The notes under the pieces are model-generated. The model did not search any database, was not told where the DNA came from, and was given only the letters and a program-made list of their open reading frames with translations. DNA of 64,000 bases. Origin: Aplysia californica (lineage: Eukaryota). Position 1 is the first letter of the stretch, and each line of letters opens with the position of its first letter. The translations under genes and the position numbers were made by a program. The DNA lies in the NCBI RefSeq assembly GCF_000002075.1, contig NW_004797408.1:838341-902340 (forward strand), given 5' to 3'. Shown one piece after another: positions 48,721 to 60,100 of the stretch.

Positions 48721-49540
48721 GCCCCTAAGATTTCTTTCAACTGAATACAAATATGGCACACTTGATCCAAAAACTCAGTCAGAGTCAGGAGTAACTAGAT
48801 CTATGCCTATTAACTTTTACTTTTTGAAACAGTCTCTAGACTAAAAGAGAAAGAATATGACATGGCAGGGTCAGGGACACCACTGCCACTGCTGTGAGTG
48901 AGGAGCTCCGCTGTGGCTCCTTGGCGGAGCCTTGGCTGGAAACAAATTGTCAATTGATTGAGTTTAGTAAGAAATCAACCAGAACAGCCTGAGAGACCTT
49001 GAAGACATTTGAACCTAAACCACTAAAACTAAATCTATCTTTCTGTCAAAACTAGATTTCTAGATCTAGAATCTAGGGGCATTTAAAATACAGTTCAATA
49101 CCCCCCCCCCCCCCTTTTTCCCCCCAACTTTCACAACCCAAGTCAGACATTTTGATGATTTTCTTTTTATTCTATTCATTATTTCATTATAATAGGGCCT
49201 CTATCTGATCACAAGCCTTGGACTTGAAATAAATAGGCGGTTTACCAACTCCTAAACTGAATATATGGGGACGGTTGAGTTTCGTTTTGAACAACAAACG
49301 CGAAGACGAAGACGAAGCGATGAATCAATGCTGTGGAATGCCAACTGCGCTCGATCTCTTGTAATAAATTATCATTATCGTGTTGAGCTCCTTTGGCTTG
49401 AGAAGCCTCCACAAATTCACCAATTGCAACAGGCAAGAAGCATAGATCTACGTTATTAAAGTTTTAAGTTGCTCTCTTGAAACTTACACAAAAGCCTTAG
49501 GAGCAAGTTGTTTGCGCTATTCCACGCTTTAGGCTTGTAC

Positions 49541-49710
49541 CTGAAGTACTGTAGTTTTTCAGGTCAATTGTCAACTGAATGTTTTCGTCGGCGACTTCAC
49601 CGAGCCTGGCCTATTCATTCACTAGCTTCACTTCCTACTTCCGGTCCGCTGTTCTTTTTAATAATCTCACCCCACAGCACTTCTGGGCCCTATCCTCCTT
49701 CTTCCTGCGC
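49541..49710 (-). promoter_or_regulatory. Candidate alpha-catenin promoter and non-coding first exon
   Basis: Tandem ETS/GABP motif ACCGGAAGTAGGAAGTG (49629-49645, minus strand), locally CpG-rich, CAG|gtacaag donor at 49540; coding exon 1 has an acceptor just upstream of its ATG, which suggests a 5' non-coding exon. Confidence 0.4.
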
Positions 49711-52700
49711 AATCCCGACTTTTTTTCTTTCATTCTTTTTTAAACTGTCACTATTAGTTTTGTATGCATTGTCAAAGTCAGTCACGTACTGTTCCTTATT
49801 ATGAAACATGGCAATAAGAACCAGTTCGGCATCATCAGTGTTTAATTTGACCAGAGTGATTTGACTGTACAACTTTGCTACACAATATTATTATATTTAA
49901 ATACAGTCTACTGAGTCGAACCTGCCTTGACGGTCCCCTGTATAATACTGCCACTGGTGCAAACGGCAACTTTCCATTTCCCCCCTTGCGTTTTTATTCG
50001 ATATAATTGTAAAACGGTCATCTGTCCAGTGCAGCCGCGGCCACCTTATTTTATCAACCCGCTGTCAAATTTACCTGCCTCAGGAGGCCTGCGGCGTGGT
50101 CACTCATTGTCCGACGCCTTGTCATAAATTTTGAATCGGCCCCTCACTCTGTGGACGGGCCGTCATAATTCATTTACCTGTCGTTATTGTTGGTCCCTCC
50201 AGTGAATGTTTACCCAAGTTGACCAATGAATAATGAATAGGCCTAACAATAAATTTTCAACTGCTGGTGAGGGAAGCGTGTGATCCGTCATAACCAACGC
50301 CTCTCATAACCTATAAAAGCCCGGCCCACAACTTATGTTGTGAGTGAGGTGACTGGTCACTGTTTTGTTTAGGCCCTCCTACCTAATCTGTAACAAAGTA
50401 CAAATGTAATGTAACAATGGATGTTGATGAAAACTTGCGACAGAAGCGTCGCTCGTTCTCCGAGTGGTGGCGACCAGTGTGTTTGTTTTACCATGGCACT
50501 CGGTCTTCATCGTCTTATTATACGTGTATGTACTTACATAATATTTCGTTTATCTTACCCTTACACTCAAGCAGCAACAAGAAGTAGGAAGCTTACCAAC
50601 CCCCCCCCCCAACAAAACAGCACAAAAAACCCTTCTTACACCACCCACCCCCCTTTTCTGAAAAAAACCCAAACTTTTTGGATTAGCATTACATTACGGC
50701 AGTCCTAATCCTGAGCGATCAGCCCCGGGTTTGACCTCGGAGGAGAATCATTAAAATTTGCTTTCTTCACTTTGACCAGTCCTGCTTAAGACGGCCACTT
50801 TTCTCCCTGACAATGGCGTGGCCGTCTTACACAAGTTTGACTGAGGCTACAATGCGAACACGATAGTATGTGTGTGTGCGTGCGTGTGTGTTTGTGTGTG
50901 CGTGTATGTGAAGTACCACCTCATGTTCGCAGTTCAATCCCATGCAGGCATTGTCGCTGCACTATATGTATTTTAATTATTCTTTCCCCTCAGGGTGCAC
51001 GTGGAAGACAACTCGAAGTAGGCCCTGAAGTAGAATAGAATCTGAAAACGGCAAACCTCTAAATCAATCCCAATTTTGACAACAGCCCTGAAGAATCGAT
51101 CTGAGGTAAAGTTAGGGCAATTCGATCATCATTGGTTGGGGTAAACTGTTATAGGTGCAACCACTTTCACTATCTTCTGAATATAAAGTAGAAGAGTGAG
51201 CAAAAATTAACAGTAGGCTACCGGGTACTTCCCTTGGGTTGTCATGAGTTGACTTATATAATCCACTTCCCTTTTTTTCCCCCCCTCTTTCATTGAAGCT
51301 GGTAGGAACGTCTAATAAAGGTTTATTTAAAAACTTGGTATATGGTGTGATTTTTGGAAGTGGTTTAAATGACGATTTAAAAAAAAAAAGAAAGAAAAGA
51401 AACATTTCAGTTTTCAGTGCTCTTGTTTTCTTCATGATGCAGATGAGACATTATTTGCTACTGATTATGATAAGCGCATTTGCAGTACATATCGAAGACA
51501 GCGGAATAGGCCTATGATGTTTGCACCAAGGGCATGGAGAAATCATCTGCTAGGGCCTACATTCAACCAGGCTGGTTGCGGGTTGGACGTGGTTTGATTT
51601 TTACGGACCAAGATGTAACAGCCTCTTGAGTTATGCCAGAATAATTCTATATATCTTTTACTTATTATGGTATTACAAATAATTTATATTTCTAGCTTGT
51701 AACTTTGTTCAAAGGAACCCCCCCACACCCAAAAAAACCCTAACAGCATGGCCTACCTTTGTCAATTTTGTGGAGCAACCGTTAGCAAATAAACACAAAG
51801 CTCATTCTAGCATGGGAAAGGTTTTTGTTTTTTTTAACGATCATACGGTACTGCGAAGAGATATTAGATCCCATTTTTTTTCACATGTATTACATTCTTA
51901 GTATTCAAAATACCCGCATGGTGTTCATAGTTCATAATGAAGAATTTGTATAGCAAAAACAAAAATGGCACCGGCTAAGGAAGATATAATTAAATTGCTC
52001 TTCTGTGCAGTTTCATCAAGTCAAGACCTAACTTTGCAGAACACTGATAAACAGGAATTGATTCAAAAGAAAATTATATAATTTCGTTCTTGATTCCATT
52101 TCTCCTGTATCTTTGAACATCTGGTTGCATTTAATTTAATTCACATAATGGTTGCAGATATCTGGCTAAACATTATTATTGTTTATATTCCTGTTCATTT
52201 ATGATGTGACTGAGCCTGTTTGTGAGAGTGAGAGCAAGCAAATTAAATACAATGTACTACATATGTATTATTACTACACGTATGGTTATGTATACAGATG
52301 TATGTTGAAGAGAGGATGTGTGAGGGAAGATCTCGAGTGTGTCTGTATATATGGATGAGGATGTGCACATATGTGCGTGCATATGCGAGTGTGCATGTTT
52401 GTGTTTGTGTGTGTGTGTGTGTGTGTTTGTGTGTGCGTGTGAGTGTGTGTGTGTACGTGGTGAAAAACCAAACCAATGTGCCAAAATCTGGACAATAAAG
52501 TAAGATAAAGATGCATCTCTTCTTCTTAGGAGGGATGATTGCACCAAGTGCATGTGGTTGCACACTCACAGGGCGAAAAAAAGGCAAATAGTATTTCCCC
52601 TCAGAAATCTTTATATTATTCGTTTGTCGTTTTTGATACAGGCACTGCCAGTGTCAGGCTCACTTTTGAATCCTACAGACTTCTACTAAAGAAAATTCCC

Positions 52701-53509
52701 TTTGTGAGCAACCACCTCAACAAATGGTAGCAGTATGGCATTTTACCTGCCTTAACACTGAGCTACTCCAAGAATGGTGCACAGTTGCCTGAAGGGTAAA
52801 AGGACATATCATATGTACCGTACTAAAACAACTCCCCCCAAACAACAAACAAACCAGCCCTTACTGAACCATAGATACAATGTAATGTGAATTTACCCCT
52901 CAACACCGCCAACGAATTGGCTGCCAGATGTAGGTACATGTACATGTATAGGCTAGGCCTACACTATAATAGTACATCTATGTATAGCCAACACGGCAGA
53001 TGCGCACGCAGTGATAATCAAGATACTGATAATCTCTTCACCCGCACACAACTCTTCTGAGCTTGTGCTCATCGCCATCATATATCCCACCCCCCGCCCG
53101 TCTTGTAGATTTCGCGCTGCACGTTAACACGTCTCTGCTCTGATCCAACTGTGCATGCCATTTTCAAAGTGAATTTACATGGTCACAATCACAACCTAAC
53201 GTTGTGCAGGGGCTGTGATTGGTTGATCCAGACTTGACATGTATTGTTTTTCCCTTGGAGTAACTATATAGGGAGAGGCCCTAACGTTGCGTCGCCCGCT
53301 CAACAGTTCCAACCAAGTTGAAGCCGAAAGGGCGGAGCTTATCGGGCCTGCCGCCATCTTTGTAAGTTCAAAACAATGCAGCGTACGCAGCGTAATCTCC
53401 TTTCAAAACAAGCTGCTCGGACTCCATTGTCTCTCAAAATTTCTTTGTCAATGTTAATTACAGCATTATAAGCACTCACGTACAGTTGTAATGTAATAAA
53501 GTTGTTAAC

Positions 53510-54010
53510 AAATCTTACTTGCATCAAATTACCAGCTCATTTAGTCGAATATTTACAGTAATACGTGTACTATGTATACACATTGTGATGGTAAGATATT
53601 CTGTTTTACATGTTTTAGAGACAAAATTGGGATAATAAGGATCAAAACAATATTATAAACGGGGTGATAATATTTGCTGAGTTTTTGGTAGTAGAACTTC
53701 ATTACTTTTACAAAAAACGAAGACTTCTTGATAGTAACAATATAATAAGGACAGCAAGAAATCTTACTTGCATCAAAAAATTACCAGCTCACTCAGTCGA
53801 ACATTTGGTAATACACGTACTATGTATACACATTGTGACGGTAAGATAATTTTTTAAACTTGTTTTAGAGAAGAAATTGGGATAATAAGGATCAAAACAA
53901 AAATATAAACGGGATAACAAAATTTGCAGACTTTTCGGTCATAGAACTTCATCTGTGCAAAATGATGTCATCACTGACATTATTTTTACAAAAACGTAGT
54001 CTTCTTGACT
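53510..54010. repeat. Two diverged tandem copies of a ~250-bp unit
   Basis: aaatcttacttgcatcaaa..ttaccagctca...aaattgggataataaggatcaaaacaa repeated at 53510 and 53759. Confidence 0.8.
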
Positions 54011-54796
54011 TAAACTTATAACAGAATATATTTCTAACAAAATTGAAAATGATTACACAAAAGATGGTAGTGAGGGTGGGATGGGATGGGCGAAGAATGA
54101 GGAAGGAGAGGGCAAGGCAGATAAGAAGAGTGAAGTATGATGGTGGAAATTACCCCCCCCCCCCACACACACACACACAAAAACAAGAATAAAACAGCCC
54201 CCCCCCCCCCAAATAAAGCGAGGAGGGAGGGGCACCTTTAAAACACCAAGACACTTTATCTAAATTTTACAAAATACTGTTAAGGGTATTGAAAAATTAA
54301 TAGAGAATTTGAAATGATAGGCTTATAATAATAAGATTTTCAAAACAGATTGCACTAATTTATGACATTTCACTCTTGACAATGTCACACCCCATGCACA
54401 GACAGACGACACATGGCATCAAAAATGTTATTCACACACCAAACACACTTCAATGACATTCTTTGAAGGCACTGTCGAACCTCCGACGAGACTTCAAAAA
54501 ACTGAAAGGAATTTACTTTTGACACATTGGAGTCAACAAAGGCACCGATGCAGGTTTCACATTTTCAAATGCTTTGTCAACCTTAACAACACAAAACCAG
54601 CAATGTAAGCAACATGCAGAGCAAATTGACAAGTATGCTAGACTAGATCTAGGCACATACGTGCAGTTATCATCATGGCAAACTGAATTTTCTGAAATCT
54701 TTTTTCATTCTGTTTTTACTGTGAGATGCATTTACGGCTAAATCAGAAGGCACTTCGTCATCAAGTTCAGTGCCATTGCTACAGACTGATATTTTT

Positions 54797-55195
54797 TTAA
54801 ACATTTGGTAGGAAATTTTGAATTTTGCCTGGGTGGCGACCGAAGCCTACTCTTATCGATTTTAGACCACCAAGGGACCTTTAATTTGCGCAATTTGCAT
54901 ACGCGACCTCCGAGATTTTTTCGCCCTTGTCCGAGAAGGCTAGGGGTAGATCTTTCCTACCAGAAGATCAGGGGTGTGGCTGAAAGACAGAGGTAAGAAG
55001 GAGCCAGGGAGTAGCAGTAGAAAGGCTGCAGAAAGAGTCCGGAGCCCTGAGGAGGTAGGGGCAGAAAGTGGAGGTGAAAGCAGACGAAAGAGAAAGTAGA
55101 ATTTTAGAGAACAAAATTTTTCCGTCACTACTCGGATTCGAACCCAGGACCTTTGAATGAGAGGCCCACCGGACCCGAACGCTACGCAAACTGCC
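54797..55195 (-). mobile_element. tRNA-derived SINE with Deu/Nin-like core, copy 1
   Basis: B box GGTTCGAATCC (55134-55144); core ccttctcggacaagggcg..gaggtc..ttaaaggtcccttgg..taagagtagg resembles the DeuSINE/Nin domain as I recall it. Confidence 0.75.
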
Positions 55196-55989
55196 ATTCG
55201 GTTGACACTAAGTTTACAACTGAGAGAACTGAGCTGATCTCACAAACATGGCCGACCGTCGTCTGCAGCGGCTTCACGTTACGCGACTCGCGGCCTCTCC
55301 TATTATAGTTCCTCCAAGGTTTTTCCCATGTACATGGCAATTTAAAAAAATAGTCTAGATGAATGAAGAGAGACTGGCCACAGTTTGTCACAACCAGACA
55401 CCAGTCTCAATGTCTACCACCACTAGTCAAGATGGTCGAAAAACGTTCAGTCATACTTGACTGCTCAAAAAAAGAGTAAGAAAATTACAACTATTTCAAA
55501 GCATGAATGAAGCAGCAAATCATTCTCATTTTACTGCAATTTGGCACAAGGTCATTAAAAAATCTCAGGTTATGATATTTTTCATTTTTCATTTAGCAAT
55601 TGTCTCATTATAAAATCATTGCTTTCAATGTTCATAGATTCTCATCATTATCTAATCTTTTGTAATATTATACATGTACCATCATCATCATATTTCCGGA
55701 CACCACAGAGTATAGCCACCGTTCCTTTCAGGTGTTTTTTCACACCTGATGTCTAATAATCTTATGACGTATTGATAATCTAATTAACATCTAGCACTCA
55801 GGACAAGGGACAAAGAAAAAAGAGAAGGCCAAAGAAAAAAAAAAGAAAAAAAGAACCACTTCCCTTGATGTTGGGCTGTGAGTAGTCACTGCTGTTTAAC
55901 AGGGGACCTCGTTATTATACTGTACCTGTACTGTCAGCTTCAAGATGCTCATCTCAAGTATCACAAGGCTTTCTGTTTTTTTGGGGCAA

Positions 55990-56440
55990 GTTTTTTTTAC
56001 GGCGCTTGCAACTGCATAGGGTCATATGACACATTAAACATTTTTAGTTTGGTAGAAATTAATTTTCAATTTTGCCTGGGTGGTGGTAAGTGCCTACTCT
56101 TATCGATTTTGGACCACCAAGGGATCTTTAACATGTGCAGCTTGCTCACGGGACCTCCGAGATTTTTTGCCCTTATCCGAGAAGGCTAGGAGTTAGGTTT
56201 TACCTTCCATAAGATCAGGTGTGCGGCTGAAAGACAGCAATAAGAAGGAGCCAAGGAGTAGCAGTAGAATGGCTGCAGAAAGAATCAGGAGCCTAAAGGA
56301 GGTGTGGGAGTGGGGGCAGAAAGTGGAAATGAAAGCAGAAGACAGAAAATAGAAGAAAATTTTCCGTCGCTGTCAGGATTTGAATCCAGGACATATTGAA
56401 TGAGAAGCAAACACCGTAACCTCATGACCGCGAGAGCCCC
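55990..56440 (-). mobile_element. tRNA-derived Deu/Nin-like SINE, copy 2, retaining the LINE-derived 3' tail
   Basis: Homologous to 54797-55195; ends catatgaccctatgcagttgcaagcgccgtaaaaaaa on the minus strand. Confidence 0.75.
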
Positions 56441-56822
56441 TAACAGGGTTAGAAAAATCAGGTCAATCCACGATCTTGTGGGTTGAAGAAGAAGAAGAAA
56501 ACACAGAACACAAAATATCATCCAACCCGTAGCATTGTATTCAAAGACCCGTTTAGCTGGGTTTTGTTCCAAAACATGGGTGTCAAAATGCTTGGAATTT
56601 TTTCTCCCAGGACAAGTTTTGAATAAATAAAATTTTAAGAAATGATAAAATAATTTTATAATCTTAACTCTGAAATCCTAATAGACACCAAAATCGTAAA
56701 ATACACTTATCAATTTGCGGGGGGAAAAAATTATATAAAAAAGTAGAGTAAGAAAAAAAAATCCAAAAAATCAGTGATTTCAGTCATGTTCACAAAAAGT
56801 TTTAATAACAACAGCACATAGT

Positions 56823-57110
56823 TTATAACAAAGCATGGGAGGACTGATGACTAAACATGGCAGACTCTGCCTTCTCAATTCTCTCCAGTAGCAGAACATT
56901 TGAAGCTCTGATGCCTTCTGTTTTTTTGTTCCTGAGATGGATTCTCATGAACACCTGGAGACCTTGTCTCAGTGTCTTTAATTTGGGAAAAGGGGCAATA
57001 CGTTCAAATGCTTCACGAACTGTTGTCTCGTTTGGACTTGTCAGAATTTCTGTGAGAACCTGAGCTAGAAGACGGATCATTATCTTGCTTTCCATTCCAA
57101 ACTCCACCAC
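56823..57110 (-). CDS. NOM1: NOM1 last exon (VVEFGMESKIMIRLL...SHALL*)
   Basis: ORF 56823..57134; tcgcag acceptor; TAA stop; ATTAAA at 56801-56806. Confidence 0.9.
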   Translation of the reverse strand: MVEFGMESKIMIRLLAQVLTEILTSPNETTVREAFERIAPFPKLKTLRQGLQVFMRIHLRNKKTEGIRASNVLLLERIEKAESAMFSHQSSHALL

Positions 57111-60100
57111 CTGCGAAAAGAGAAATATTATCATGAATTAGCAAAGAGTCTAAAAACAAAAGTACTTTCACAAAATTAAAGTCATGTAAAATGGACAACT
57201 CAGCTCAGTATCAAGTAAGAAAGAAAACTTGCCAGTTCCTTTATTTATCTGTTTTTACCATATTACCACATATACTGCAATACAATGAGTATAAAGATAA
57301 GAATTTCTAATGCCTTTTGTTATACCTAAGTGGTGGCCCTGAGAATGAACAGAACAAACCTAATTGATTTTTGTTCACACAAACACTTTTGTATTCCTTT
57401 CTTCTGCCTCTGCAGAACTGCCGTCCGCTGACAAAATGCATTTTTAAAATAAAATTCACAGCAGTTTTGAGAAAAAGATTTTAAATTGTCAGCACAACCA
57501 CTGAAAAATCTTCTGGAATTTGAATTCAAATTAACTAAAAAAACTGGCCACAGTTTCACTTTGATTTTTTCCCACAAGTAGGGTAACTGATCAGGAATTC
57601 GACTTAGTACATTAAAAAATGTACGTGCCAAAAAAGGCGTATTGTCAGCTTACTGCAGAGAAGTAGAACTCTTCTGAATTGAAACGGACTGATTCGATGA
57701 CTTTAAAAGAAGTGGATCAAAACAAAAATGGTGGCTTAACTATGGATAAATTCATGTCATGGCCAATTAAAATTAAATTGGCAGTGACACCACCATGATG
57801 AATTCATGGCAAATCAAATCAGCTGACGACACTTGGAAGATTATTGAAACATACAATACCAAAAAATAAAAAGACCATCAAAGATGAAAAAAAAAGGAAC
57901 CTTGAAAATAGACAATGACAATCCTTTCCCTAGGAGAAGATGAGAGAGGAGATGTCCCAGCTTTGTTTGAGATGGCTTGCTCATCTGATCAATTTCTTTG
58001 AATTTGTCCCACACTGAAAACTGCACAGTCATCTGAAATAAAAAAGAAGACGTGAATTTATTTTTTCCCCCAAGATGGACAAAGAACTTTTAAACCAGAC
58101 GTACATACATACAATTTTAATTTTAGTAATATAACCAGCACTGAAAAAAATGAGATAAACTGACAAGAGGACATTTCACAGCAAAAGTGGTACTGTCACA
58201 ATTTCTAAAGCCCTCTTTAATAAATAAAATATACCCTATGTTTCTCTTAGAAAGGCTACATAAATAAAACCATCACTGTTACATTATGCACAATCAGATT
58301 GCAACCAATGATTTCTTTGTTTTTTTCACAAGTCTAAAAAGCTAACATTACAAATTCCTCAATAGGATTTTTGCCTGTGTTCATCCACATACTGTTTACA
58401 GCAATCAAACACTCTGAAAAAATCTGAATTTACCCAAGAGTGAGTTATAAAAAATATCTTTCCAAACCTTGATACAGATTTCGATGTTTGGAAAGTAAAT
58501 GATCAGAACTGAACTGTCATTAAAAGTTCTTAAATACAAGATTAAAAGAGCATATGGAAAATAAAGGTCACAGACAGCATTTTGGCATAGAGCTGAGAAA
58601 ATTCCTCAATAAAGTAAAGGAAAAAGAACATCAACATCGGATTTTCAAAAAATACTCGGATTTGTTTGTTTTCTACAATATAATACAGTTATGAAAGAGA
58701 CAGATAATCACTCAGTAAACTGCTTTATTTGAGACATCAAAAGAAACAGCCGTGGGAGCTCTAAGATATTATAATTTTAATACTGGTTCTTTTATATTAT
58801 TTTGTGACACATAATTTTCAAGGGTCAAGGTCAGCTCCAGAAACATGAAAATAAAGCTCTCACAATGAAAAAAAAATTATTTTAATGTAATAATACTAGC
58901 TACAGCCAGAGAGTCAGAATTCAAAATCAGTTCAGAAGTACAGTGGTTCCCGTTTAACAGCAAACCAGAAAAGAGCAACCTCTCTCTAACAAACAACCAA
59001 AGATTGTGTAACAGAAATTTCCTATAAATATAGATAACCTCCTTTAACAGCAATCTTTTCCTCTCTAACATCAACCTTCGACAAAAACATATTTTTTGAA
59101 GATTCAAAAGCAGTATGAACACAGTGACTGACTTATAACTATAATTTCAGTGTGCGTGTATTCCTCCATTCTACTTATCTTCTTACATGTGGTTTAGTCA
59201 AAAATACAATACACTGAGTATAGAAGCTAAGTTATCATCTTCTCGCTAAGAGTTTAAAGAGCCATATTTTTTCAAGAGATTCTGTGCATGTGTGTGTGTG
59301 TGTGAAAGTTTCAGCCTTTACATTGCCTGTTTTCACTTTTTGACGTAACATTACCACATCTTGCTATTAGGACGCATGTGTATGTATGCGTGCGCGCACG
59401 CATTTTTGCTTAAACCCCTAGGAAAATTCAGTTAACAGCAACCTCCACCAAACAGCTATCAAGGCTTGTTTCCCAATGGAGTTGCTGTTAGAGTAAGGCA
59501 AACACCACTGTACCCAGATCTACACAAGATAACTCTTTAATTTAAGACTTCTGTAAGCTGACAATTAAGTCTGCAACTCTTACCGTAAATCTCCTGTCAA
59601 AAGAGCAAAACTTTTGAGCAAGATAGCTGTAGAATGGGTTGTACTCCTTTTCATTCAAGCAGCAATGCAGCAACACATGAATTATCTCTCTTTCCTGTGA
59701 GCGATTCAGACCTAGACGAAGGAGACGAGCAAATGCATCCTCAAAGTCCTGAAAATTAAGACAGAAAGGTTTAGAGAGCTCAGGAATAATATGCACAGGA
59801 CTACTATGAATATAAAAACCCCCCAAACAAATACAACAAACAGATCAGCCACACTGTATCTGCATAATGTCTTGTCATCCAAAAACAGAAATTTTGATGG
59901 AAACATATTGTAGCTAATACAGAGTTGACAAAATGTTGATTCCAACATTGTATACCCAATAATGTTGATTGCTATCAAGTCAGTGATGTTCCTTCCACCT
60001 TCTGAGTAGAGGCTGAAACTTAAACAAAGCAACACAATCAGAAACTAAAGGAAAACAGACCGTAAAAGACCAAAGGATCCATACAGGAAAAATTCATTAG

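Noticed and set aside
51083-51125. CTGAAGA inside a short gccct/agggc stem, resembling a hammerhead ribozyme core
   Set aside because: There is no properly placed GAAA box or stem II/III, so the motif is incomplete.
55125-55200. Possible tRNA gene
   Set aside because: Only the B box is clear, there is no cloverleaf, and it is fused to a repeated SINE body.
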